Positions 1 through 8,219 of a stretch of 64,000 nucleotides of DNA are shown one piece after another (positions within the stretch are counted from its first letter, which is position 1; each line of letters opens with the position of its first letter). A program made the translations under genes and the position numbers. The stretch is taken from the NCBI GenBank assembly GCA_964631965.1, contig CAZWAR010000002.1:6207-70206 (forward strand). The letters are read 5' to 3'. The notes under the pieces were generated by a model. It was not told where the DNA came from, did no database searches, and saw nothing but the letters and a program-made list of their open reading frames with translations. The DNA is from an uncultured Gaiellales bacterium (lineage in GTDB: Bacteria > Actinomycetota > Thermoleophilia > RBG-16-64-13).

Positions 1-212
1 CACCAGCCGGATCGACTCTTCGGCGCTCAGGTTGAGAGGCCGGAGTTGGGACGCCACCTTCGAAAGAATGGCTTTGAGTGCAGTGAGAGAGTCGCCTTCC
101 TGCTGGTCCCCCTCGACGGCTCGGCGCTGCTGCCCGTCGTCGTCCTGCCAGTCCCGGCGCTCCTCTCGCCGGTCCCGATCGCGGCCGTCCATGTCCCGGC
201 GGTCTCTCTTGC

Positions 213-1148
213 TCATGAATGCTCCCTTTTCACCTGATCACGATAGAACTCAACAGCCCTGCCCACCCCGTCGGCGAAGTCGACGGTCCATGTCCAACCC
301 AGTTCCCGCTCCGCCTTGGAGGCGTCGAGGGCGATGTGCTCGACCTCTCCCGGCCGGACCGGTGCAAACTGCGGGGCGATCTCCGAGCCGACAGCCACGC
401 GGACAGCCTCAAAGACCTCGAGGTCGCTCACCTCGATGCCCCGTCCCAGATTGTAGACGCCGCTGAGCGGGCTGTTAAGGGCGAGGACGTTTGCGGCGGC
501 GATGTCGCCCACATAGCAGTAGTCTCTGGTCTTGGTGCCGTCGCCGAAGATGGTCGGTCGCTGCCCGGCAAGAAGCTGGAGCGAGAAGATGGCCACGACG
601 CCCGCTTCCCCGTGGGGATCCTGGCGCGGGCCGTACACGTTCGGGTAGCGAAGGACCGTGTATTCGATACCGTGGTTGGCCTTGTACGTGAACAAGTAGT
701 GCTCCACCGTGTGCTTACTCACCCCGTAGGGCGCGAGGGGGTCGATGGGATGAGCCTCATCCACTGGAAGGTAGATGGGCTCCCCGACCAGGGCTCCGCC
801 GGTCCCTGCGTAGATGATCTTCTTGACACCGTAGAGCCGGCAGCATTCCATGAGGTTGAGGGACCCCAAGATGTTGATGCTCGCGTCGTAGGCCGGTTCA
901 CGCACAGACCGGGCCACCTCGATGTGAGCTGCGTGATGGACGGCCACCTCGGGCTTCTCAGCCTTGAAGACATCGTGGAGCTTGTCGTCCCGGATGTCGA
1001 CCTCGTAGAAGGCAGCGCCCGCAGGAAGGTTCTCTCGCTTTCCGCTGGCAAAGTTGTCGACGATGACCACGTCGTGGCCCAGGGCGAGAAAGCTGTCACT
1101 CACGTGCGACGCGATGAACCCGGCTCCTCCGGTGACAAGGATCTTCAC
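213..1148 (-). CDS. NAD-dependent NDP-sugar epimerase/dehydratase (UDP-glucose 4-epimerase family)
   Basis: N-terminal Rossmann motif MKILVTGGAGFIASH; SDR-extended-family length (311 aa); GTG start with GAGGAGG Shine-Dalgarno on - strand. Confidence 0.8.
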   Translation of the reverse strand: MKILVTGGAGFIASHVSDSFLALGHDVVIVDNFASGKRENLPAGAAFYEVDIRDDKLHDVFKAEKPEVAVHHAAHIEVARSVREPAYDASINILGSLNLMECCRLYGVKKIIYAGTGGALVGEPIYLPVDEAHPIDPLAPYGVSKHTVEHYLFTYKANHGIEYTVLRYPNVYGPRQDPHGEAGVVAIFSLQLLAGQRPTIFGDGTKTRDYCYVGDIAAANVLALNSPLSGVYNLGRGIEVSDLEVFEAVRVAVGSEIAPQFAPVRPGEVEHIALDASKAERELGWTWTVDFADGVGRAVEFYRDQVKREHS

Positions 1149-1317
1149 ATTTCCTCCTCAGGCAGCTTCACGGCCGGGTGGTCCCGGTCCCTATCGGCAC
1201 TCCCCAGTGTAGTGCAGAAACGATCTTCTGCGCGACGCGGCTGAGACCGGGGGCGCCGGCGGGTGAGACCGGAGATCGTCCGGATGGAGTCGGCCCAGGC
1301 ACGGGCAGGTGGTGCGA

Positions 1318-1323
1318 TATACT
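1318..1323 (+). promoter_or_regulatory. putative -10 element TATACT ~25 nt upstream of tRNA-Pro
   Basis: TATACT hexamer (context cgaTATACTcgc) in divergent intergenic region; same hexamer recurs upstream of tRNA-His and rplU. Confidence 0.3.
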
Positions 1324-1347
1324 CGCGGCCAGGCCGAGAAAAAGCAA

Positions 1348-1421
1348 CGGGACGTGGCGCAGCCTGGTAGCGCACCTGCTTTGGGAGCAGGGGGTCGGCG
1401 GTTCGAATCCGCCCGTCCCGA
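1348..1421 (+). tRNA. tRNA-Pro (anticodon TGG)
   Basis: Hand-folded cloverleaf: acceptor cgggacg/cgtcccg, anticodon loop tTTGGga, T-loop ttcgaat; 74 nt. Confidence 0.85.
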
Positions 1422-1538
1422 CTCAGGTCGTCGCAGTGGTCAGAGGCTTCTTCGCGGACCGAAGATGGTATGCTCCGCCGTGCCGGCAGGGCCGAATCGG
1501 AGAGGCGGTTCCTTCAGGCCCGGGTGACGGCATTGCGG

Positions 1539-1611
1539 GCGGGTGTAGCTCAGTTGGCAGAGCGTCAGCCTTCCAAGCTGAATGTCGCGGGTTCGAACCC
1601 CGTCGCCCGCT
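1539..1611 (+). tRNA. tRNA-Gly (anticodon TCC)
   Basis: Acceptor gcgggtg/cgcccgc (one G-U), D-arm tagctcagttggcagagc, anticodon loop cTTCCaa; 73 nt. Confidence 0.8.
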
Positions 1612-1647
1612 CCTCTCGCGGACGTGCGCCGCGGAGATGTCCATTGT

Positions 1648-1721
<74 letters not shown>

Positions 1722-1947
1722 CCTCTGAAGATGCGGAGCCCCGCCCAATCACCGGACGGAGGCCTTTCTGTGCCCCGTCTCCAGACCGGTCCCTGCGTTC
1801 GAAGGCCAGATCGCTGGTCAAATGCGGCTCTTCCACGCTCAGAGCGCCTCGAAACCGCAGCTGGCCTGAGTCGGGAGACGGCAGAGCGCCCAGCCGCCTC
1901 TATCAGCCTACTTCTTCGCTCGTGGGTCGTGTGATAGCGTCTCGCCT

Positions 1948-2928
1948 GTGGACCACGAGACTCTCCTCGTGCTGGGGCAGCCCGGCGAACCAGTGCTTAC
2001 GAAGCTCAAGCGATCCATCGCACCGATGGACCTCGTCGTTGCCGACGACCCCAAGGACTTCGCCGGGGTCGCACAGGATGTAACCATCATCTTCAGTTGG
2101 GTCTGGCAAGCAGCGTCTCGAGATCTCCTGCGCCAAGCCTCGCTCCTGTGCCCCAACCTGCGCTGGGTGCACGTTGCGTGGGCAGGCATCGACCGATTAC
2201 TCTCCTCAGAACTCGAGAAGAGCCCAGCCGTCCTGACCAACGGCCGCGGAGTGTTCAGCCAAGCGCTCGGGGAGTGGGTGCTTGCCGCCATCCTGTATTT
2301 CGCCAAGGACTTTCGCCGACTGGTCCGGAGCCAAGCGAAGGGCGTGTGGGACCCCTTCATCGTAGCGGGCGTCTCCGGCCAGACGGTGGGCATCGTCGGC
2401 TATGGAGACATCGGCCGGGCGGTGGCCGTGCGGGCGCACGGCCTGGGGATGCGCGTGCTTGGACTCACTCGGCGGGGGCCGGTTCCCGGCCGACCCGACC
2501 CCCTGGCCGAGCAGATCTTCGCGCCGGCCGATCGCATCGGCATGATCAAGCAGTGCGACTACCTGGTGATTGCCGCTCCCCTGACGCCGGAAACACGGGG
2601 CATGATTGGAGAGGCGGAACTGACGGCCATGAAGCCCGGAGCGGTCATCATCAACGTTGGCCGTGGGCGCGTCGTGCGTGAGGACGCCCTCATCCGGGCC
2701 CTTTCGGAGAAGTGGATCAAGGGAGCGGCCTTGGATGTGTTCGACCGCGAGCCGTTGCCGGAGAGGCACCCGTTCTATCTGCTCGACAATGTCCTTCTTT
2801 CGCCCCACTCTGCAGACCGGACCCCCGGTTGGCTGGAGAACGTCCTGCAGCTCTTCCTCGACAATCTCGAACGCTACCGTCGCAGCGAACCGTTGGTGAA
2901 CGTGGTGGCAAAAGAGCTCGGCTACTGA
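1948..2928 (+). CDS. D-isomer-specific 2-hydroxyacid dehydrogenase family protein (NAD-binding)
   Basis: GIVGYGDIGRAVA NAD-binding fingerprint and catalytic-domain layout typical of the D-2-hydroxyacid DH family; 326 aa. Confidence 0.7.
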   Translation: MDHETLLVLGQPGEPVLTKLKRSIAPMDLVVADDPKDFAGVAQDVTIIFSWVWQAASRDLLRQASLLCPNLRWVHVAWAGIDRLLSSELEKSPAVLTNGRGVFSQALGEWVLAAILYFAKDFRRLVRSQAKGVWDPFIVAGVSGQTVGIVGYGDIGRAVAVRAHGLGMRVLGLTRRGPVPGRPDPLAEQIFAPADRIGMIKQCDYLVIAAPLTPETRGMIGEAELTAMKPGAVIINVGRGRVVREDALIRALSEKWIKGAALDVFDREPLPERHPFYLLDNVLLSPHSADRTPGWLENVLQLFLDNLERYRRSEPLVNVVAKELGY

Positions 2929-3140
2929 CGCATGTCGCTCATGCCCCGAGCTGCGCAGTACCTTCTCTCGAGAACAAGAGCCCGGATGGCAGGTGCCGGC
3001 GCGAAGAGGATGACGGCATCTATCGTGCGCGGTAGCCTAGAGGAGGGTTTGCCTGGTAGCTCGCCTGAGCGTAGGGCTTGCCCGAGAGGGTGGTCGGCGA
3101 GGAGCCGAGTGCTTCGATATCGACAAGGAGGACATTTTCT

Positions 3141-3686
3141 GTGACAACTCATACCGGCGGGGACCATCAGCAGTTGGTGGATCAGGCATATGAAGGCGCC
3201 TTCGGTTACGAGTCCACCTATGGCGTTTGTCCGCAGTGTGTGCTCGCTGCCGTAGACGATGTGTTGGAGCTCGGGGCCGAAGATGTCTTCAAAGCCGCCC
3301 ATGGTCTTGCCGGTGGTGGAGCTCTGAGCGGACAAGGCACGTGCGGTGCCTTGATCGGGGCGCTGCTCGCCGTGGGCGTTCGCCATGGCCGGGAGCGGTC
3401 TGATTTTGCCAATGATGACTACATGCACGCCTTCGCCCTCAACAAGCGGGTGTATGACGGCTTCGTGCAGGAGTTCGGCAGTCCTATCTGTGCCGAAATC
3501 CAGAGAAAGATCATGGGCAGGTCCTACGACCTGTGGAACCCGAAGGAGTTCAAGGCGTTCCTTGCCGACGGCGGGCATGACGACAAATGTCCACACGTAG
3601 CCGGTACGGCGGCGAGATTGGCGGTCCGGGTCCTCCTGGAGGCAGAAAGGGAGTCACCCAGGCGGCGGAACTCCTCGGCCAAGTAG
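3141..3686 (+). CDS. C_GCAxxG_C_C family putative redox-active protein
   Basis: Motifs YGVCPQCVL, GGG...GTCGALIGA, SPICAEI and KCPHVAG match the family pattern C..GCAxxG..C..C; GTG start 8 nt after AAGGAGG. The longer ORF from 3078 is probably an over-extension. Confidence 0.6.
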   Translation: MTTHTGGDHQQLVDQAYEGAFGYESTYGVCPQCVLAAVDDVLELGAEDVFKAAHGLAGGGALSGQGTCGALIGALLAVGVRHGRERSDFANDDYMHAFALNKRVYDGFVQEFGSPICAEIQRKIMGRSYDLWNPKEFKAFLADGGHDDKCPHVAGTAARLAVRVLLEAERESPRRRNSSAK

Positions 3687-4334
3687 CGCTTAATCGCCTG
3701 CGCACGGTTCCTTTGTCGCGTCGGCGGAGCAAAGACTCTGCATGGGCGGCGCCTTCCGCACCGCCTCAAGTTGACCGCCCCGGCTGTCGAAAACGAAGGT
3801 ACGTGGCCCCGCAGGGGCCGGCAGCAGGCGAAATCGAGCGACAGGGGCGAGATGGGTTTTCTAGCGTTGCTTGCGGTAGCACTGGGTGCTTGGTGCGCTC
3901 ATGTGATCTGGGGGGACGTGCGCGATCTCAGGGATTGGCTCGTGCGCAGAAGGGTGGCCCGCAGCAGATAGCGCGAAAGAGCGCAGCGGGTGACGTCGAC
4001 CAGACCTGGTGGACCAGTTCGATCGAGCACCCGTCGAACACTCAGCGTTTCATCTGTTTGGAGCGCAACCAGCGCCGCTGCCATATCGCCGTCTCCTTCC
4101 AGCCTTGCTCCAACCGGAGCTTTTCCGAGGGCCTCGTTTCCTGCGTTCACGCTCGTCACCCCGTTTCGTCGCCTGGCTTCGCCCGCTTTGTCCCGTTTCC
4201 GCAAGATCTTGCTCCCCGACCGGCCCCCTCTTCGAGACGATCGCGCGCCGGTGTCGTTGTTTCTGAACCGGCGTCCGCGCACGGACCGACCTTCTTCTAT
4301 CGCTCCAGAGTGTGACGCTTGGAGCCACACCGGC

Positions 4335-4340
4335 TATACT
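4335..4340 (+). promoter_or_regulatory. putative -10 element TATACT ~100 nt upstream of tRNA-His
   Basis: Decamer GCTATACTGC is identical to the one upstream of rplU (27730-27739). Confidence 0.3.
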
Positions 4341-4437
4341 GCTATGGCTCACGAGAGGGGTGGAGGTTTGGCTTGTGCCTGCGCTTGTGGGCGTCCTTCC
4401 GAGCGGCGGGAGTCTTGCTGGTCGGCAGGAACGTCAT

Positions 4438-4511
4438 GGTGAACGTAGCTCAGTTGGCAGAGCACTGGGTTGTGGCCCCAGCGGTCGCGGGTTCAAGTCC
4501 CGTCGTTCACC
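4438..4511 (+). tRNA. tRNA-His (anticodon GTG)
   Basis: Extra G(-1) before acceptor gtgaacg/cgttcac, discriminator C; anticodon loop ttGTGgc; 74 nt. Confidence 0.85.
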
Positions 4512-4595
4512 CCTGAGGGCTCGGTCCGCACGAGACCGGGCAGCGGACCGGATCGGGGCCGGTCCGGGGGCGTGGAACGGGCTGCGAAACGTCAG

Positions 4596-4675
4596 GCGGG
4601 TGTGGCGGAATGGCAGACGCGCATGCCTTAGGAGCATGTGTCTTTGACGTGGAGGTTCGAGTCCTCTCACCCGCA
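4596..4675 (+). tRNA. tRNA-Leu (anticodon TAG), class II
   Basis: Acceptor gcgggtg/cacccgc, anticodon stem catgc/gcatg with loop cTTAGga, long variable arm (tgtctttgacgt), T-loop ttcgagt; 80 nt. Confidence 0.8.
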
Positions 4676-4714
4676 TTCGGGTAACACTTCCCTAGAGAGA
4701 GCGAAAGGAATAGC

Positions 4715-6286
4715 GTGAATACGACCCTCAGCGAGCGCGAAGGAAACACGGTCAAGCTTGCGGTCGAGGTTTCCAGCGAGGAGCTGCAGGAAGCTTTCGA
4801 TTCGCGTTTGAGGAAGCTGCAGAAGGAAGCCCGCATCCCGGGATTCCGTCCGGGCAAGGCTCCCCTCACCATGTTGCGGCAGCGTTTCGGCGAACAGGCC
4901 ATCCTCCTCGATGCTATGGACGATGCTGTAGGGCGCTGGTTTGCCAAAGGGGCCTTCGACCTGAACCTCGACGTGGTCGACACTCCCCAGATCGACGTGG
5001 GTGAGGCTCTGCCCGAACTGGGCAAGCCCTTCACCTTCACCGCCACCGCCACCGTGATGCCGGAGGTGGAGTTGGGCGAGTACAAGGCCCTGGAAGTGCC
5101 GAGGGAGTCCGACGAGGTGACCACCGAAGAGGTGGACTCGCAGATGGACCGGCTCCGCAACGAGTTCTCCGAGCTCAAACCGGTGGAGGACCGTCCGGCG
5201 CAGAAGGGTGACTTCGTGACTGCCGACTTCAAGGCCGAGGTGGAAGGCAAGGGAATCGAGGGCCTGGAGGCTTCTGACTTCGTCTTCGAGGTGGGGGCCG
5301 GACGGATCTTCGAGGAGGTCGAGGAAGCGGTCGTCGGGATGAACGCCGGCGAGACCAAGACGGTCCAGATGGCGTTGCCCGAGGGCTTCCCCGATGATCT
5401 GGCCAACAAGACCGCCGAATTCACCATCACGGCGAAGGAGATCAAGGAGAAAGTGCTTCCCCCGCTCACCGACCAATGGGCCTCCGAGGTGAGCGAGTTC
5501 CCGACGCTGCTCGAATTGCGGGCTGAGATCCGCGGCAAGATGCAGGCAGGCAAGACCTACTCCACCGACCAGCAGTTCCGCTCGCTGGCGGTGAAGGCCG
5601 CCACCGACAATGCCAAGCTCGACATGCCCGATATCGTGATCACCGAGCAGGCAGAGGAGCTCATGGCCGACTTCGCTCGGTCGCTCGAGGCGCAGGGCGC
5701 CGATCTCAACGCCTACATGGCGGCGATGGGCGTGACCGCGGAGCAGATGCTGGAAGACATGAAACCCACGGCGGCCAACAACGTGAAGACCGGCCTGGTG
5801 CTGGATGCGGTGGCCAAGGCCGAGGGTCTGGAGGCGAGCGACGAGGAGGTCCGAGCAGCGGTGGCGCAAATGGCCCTCGCAGGTCGCACCGATCCCAAGC
5901 AGTTCGAGGAACGGCTGCGCAAGAGCGGCAGACTTGTGACTGTGAAGTGGCAGATACTGCGCGACAAGGCCGCCGACTTCATCGCTGCCAACGCTGTGGC
6001 TTTGACTGAAGGCGCTGCGGCTGTGGCGGAGGCGAAGGAGGCCCTTGCGAAGGCGGAGGCCGAGAAGACCGACAAGGACGCAGAGAAGCCGGCCAAACCT
6101 AAGACGGCGAAAGCGAAGGCGGCCAAGGCCGACACGGCCGAAACGCCTCCGGCGAATTCCGAGACGGCGGATGTTGACAAGGCTGAGGCCGAGGCGGCCG
6201 CGGAACCGGCCCCGCAGCCCGCCGCGGAGGCCGCACCCGAGACTGCGTCGGAAACCGTGGCGGAAGCTGATGCTGAGGAGGCGTAG
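4715..6286 (+). CDS. tig: trigger factor (ribosome-associated peptidyl-prolyl isomerase/chaperone) with ~90-aa Lys/Ala/Glu/Pro-rich C-terminal tail
   Basis: N-terminal ribosome-binding region with GFRPGKAP signature, PPIase and C-terminal arm domains; followed by clpP-clpX as in many bacteria. Confidence 0.9.
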   Translation: MNTTLSEREGNTVKLAVEVSSEELQEAFDSRLRKLQKEARIPGFRPGKAPLTMLRQRFGEQAILLDAMDDAVGRWFAKGAFDLNLDVVDTPQIDVGEALPELGKPFTFTATATVMPEVELGEYKALEVPRESDEVTTEEVDSQMDRLRNEFSELKPVEDRPAQKGDFVTADFKAEVEGKGIEGLEASDFVFEVGAGRIFEEVEEAVVGMNAGETKTVQMALPEGFPDDLANKTAEFTITAKEIKEKVLPPLTDQWASEVSEFPTLLELRAEIRGKMQAGKTYSTDQQFRSLAVKAATDNAKLDMPDIVITEQAEELMADFARSLEAQGADLNAYMAAMGVTAEQMLEDMKPTAANNVKTGLVLDAVAKAEGLEASDEEVRAAVAQMALAGRTDPKQFEERLRKSGRLVTVKWQILRDKAADFIAANAVALTEGAAAVAEAKEALAKAEAEKTDKDAEKPAKPKTAKAKAAKADTAETPPANSETADVDKAEAEAAAEPAPQPAAEAAPETASETVAEADAEEA

Positions 6287-6310
6287 GCTCCACCTGCCCC
6301 AGAAGCACTA

Positions 6311-6919
6311 GTGCACGAAGAAAGGACGGTTGCCTTGAGCCCACTCGTACCGATGGTGGTCGAACAGACCAGCCGAGGCGAACGCGCATTCGACATCTAT
6401 TCGCGCCTGCTCAGCGAGCGCATCATCTTCCTGGGCACAGCCGTCAACGACCAAGTGGCGAACCTGGTGGTGGCCCAGCTGCTCCACCTGGAATCCGAGG
6501 ACCCCGACAAGGACATCTCCCTCTATGTCAACAGCCCGGGGGGAAACGTCTATGCGGGTCTGGCCATCTACGACACGATGCAGTTCGTCAAGCCCGATGT
6601 ATCCACCATCTGCGTGGGCATCGCCATGTCGATGGGGGCGCTCCTGCTCGCCGGCGGCGCTAAAGGTAAACGGTTCGCGTTGCCGAACTCGAAGATACTG
6701 ATACACCAGGTGTCCGGTGGGTTCGAAGGTCCGGCGACCGACATCGAGATCCATGCTCGGGAGGCTCTCAGCCTCCGCAAGCGGCTCGATGAGATACTCG
6801 CCAAGCATACGGGCCAGGAACTGGAAAAGGTCGAGAGGGATACCGAGCGGGACTACTTTATGACTGCGGAAGATTCGCTCGCATACGGGATCATCGACAA
6901 GATCATCGAGCACAGGTAG
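6311..6919 (+). CDS. clpP: ATP-dependent Clp protease proteolytic subunit
   Basis: Conserved ClpP core: [26 protein letters not shown], catalytic S/H/D context. GTG at 6311; an in-frame TTG at 6335 after AAAGGACGG is an alternative start. Confidence 0.9.
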   Translation: MHEERTVALSPLVPMVVEQTSRGERAFDIYSRLLSERIIFLGTAVNDQVANLVVAQLLHLESEDPDKDISLYVNSPGGNVYAGLAIYDTMQFVKPDVSTICVGIAMSMGALLLAGGAKGKRFALPNSKILIHQVSGGFEGPATDIEIHAREALSLRKRLDEILAKHTGQELEKVERDTERDYFMTAEDSLAYGIIDKIIEHR

Positions 6920-6931
6920 GGGGTCACACTC

Positions 6932-8203
6932 GTGCCGAAACCGCCGGGAGGGTCCGAACAGCTACTCTGCAGCTTCTGCGGAAAGAGTCAGCGCCAGGTC
7001 AAGAAGCTGATAGCCGGCCCGGGCGTCTACATCTGCGACGAATGCATCGATCTCTGTAACGAGATCATCGACGAGGAGTTTTCGCCGCCGGTAACCCTCG
7101 ATCTCGACAACCTGCCGAAACCGAAGGAGATCCACTCGATCCTCTCGGACTACGTCATCGGGCAGGAAGAGGCCAAGCGGGCTCTCGCCGTGGCGGTCTA
7201 CAACCACTACAAGCGTGTGCAGATGGGCGTTCAGAACGAGGACGGCGTCGAACTGCAGAAGTCGAACATCCTTCTGCTCGGGCCTACCGGTTGCGGCAAA
7301 ACCCTGCTGGCGCAGACCCTGGCCCGTATCCTCAATGTGCCGTTCGCCATCGCCGACGCCACTGCGCTCACCGAGGCCGGCTACGTGGGCGAGGACGTGG
7401 AGAACATCCTGCTCAAGCTCATCCAGGCCGCCGATTTCGACATCAAGAAGGCCGAGACCGGCATCATCTATATCGATGAGGTGGACAAGATCGCCCGCAA
7501 GGCGGACAACCCGTCCATCACCCGCGACGTGTCAGGGGAGGGCGTGCAGCAGGCTCTGCTCAAGATCCTCGAGGGCACCACGGCCAGCGTGCCGCCGCAG
7601 GGCGGGAGGAAGCACCCTCACCAGGAGTTCCTCAGCATCGACACGACGAACATCCTGTTCATCTGCGGGGGGGCCTTCGCCGGCTTGGAGAAGATTATCG
7701 AGCACCGCATCGGCAGGAAGGGCGTGGGTTTCGGCGCCGAGATCGAAAGCAAGAACCAGCGCGACGTGGGCGAATTGTTCGCCCAGGTGCTGCCCGAGGA
7801 TCTGCTCGACTTCGGTCTCATCCCCGAGTTCATTGGGCGTCTGCCGGTCATCTGCAACGTGCATCAGCTTCGGAAAGAGGACCTGGTCTCCATCCTCACC
7901 GAACCGAAGAACGCGCTCACGAAGCAGTACCACAAGTTCTTCGCGTACGACGGGGTGGATCTGATCTTCCAGAAGGAGGCCCTCGAGGCCATCGCCGAGT
8001 CGGCCCTCGCACTGGCGACCGGGGCCCGCGGCCTGCGCTCCATCATCGAAGGAGCGCTGCTCAACACCATGTTCGAGCTTCCCAGCCGGCGTGATGTGAC
8101 GAAGTGCGTCGTCACTCGGGAAGTGATCGAGAAAAGGATCGACCCCACCCTGGTGACGAGCACCGCGCGCGAGGATCTGGAGCTAGGGCAAGAATCCGCA
8201 TAG
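6932..8203 (+). CDS. clpX: ATP-dependent Clp protease ATP-binding subunit ClpX
   Basis: C4 zinc finger CSFCGK...CDEC, Walker A GPTGCGKT, ClpX AAA+ body; 423 aa. Confidence 0.95.
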   Translation: MPKPPGGSEQLLCSFCGKSQRQVKKLIAGPGVYICDECIDLCNEIIDEEFSPPVTLDLDNLPKPKEIHSILSDYVIGQEEAKRALAVAVYNHYKRVQMGVQNEDGVELQKSNILLLGPTGCGKTLLAQTLARILNVPFAIADATALTEAGYVGEDVENILLKLIQAADFDIKKAETGIIYIDEVDKIARKADNPSITRDVSGEGVQQALLKILEGTTASVPPQGGRKHPHQEFLSIDTTNILFICGGAFAGLEKIIEHRIGRKGVGFGAEIESKNQRDVGELFAQVLPEDLLDFGLIPEFIGRLPVICNVHQLRKEDLVSILTEPKNALTKQYHKFFAYDGVDLIFQKEALEAIAESALALATGARGLRSIIEGALLNTMFELPSRRDVTKCVVTREVIEKRIDPTLVTSTAREDLELGQESA

Positions 8204-8219
8204 GGACTCGGGTCTAGAA

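Noticed and set aside
2922-3596. 224-aa - strand ORF overlapping the C_GCAxxG_C_C gene
   Set aside because: The + strand frame carries the complete C..GCAxxG..C..C signature and a Shine-Dalgarno; the - strand product has no recognisable features
3587-4315. 242-aa + strand ORF (and the overlapping - strand 143-aa ORF) in the tRNA-flanked gap
   Set aside because: Arg/Pro/Ser-rich low-complexity translation, no Shine-Dalgarno, no domain motifs; treated as non-coding or decayed sequence (reported as a finding instead)
1722-4437. Possibility that the tRNA-flanked block is a recent genomic island or prophage remnant
   Set aside because: No integrase, no direct repeat of a tRNA 3' end, GC content of the two genes typical of the genome; only the 750-bp gap is atypical
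4507-6396. Long - strand ORFs (348, 400, 227 aa) antisense to tig
   Set aside because: Ser/Arg/Ala-rich low-complexity translations with no motifs; they mirror the GC3-rich + strand tig gene
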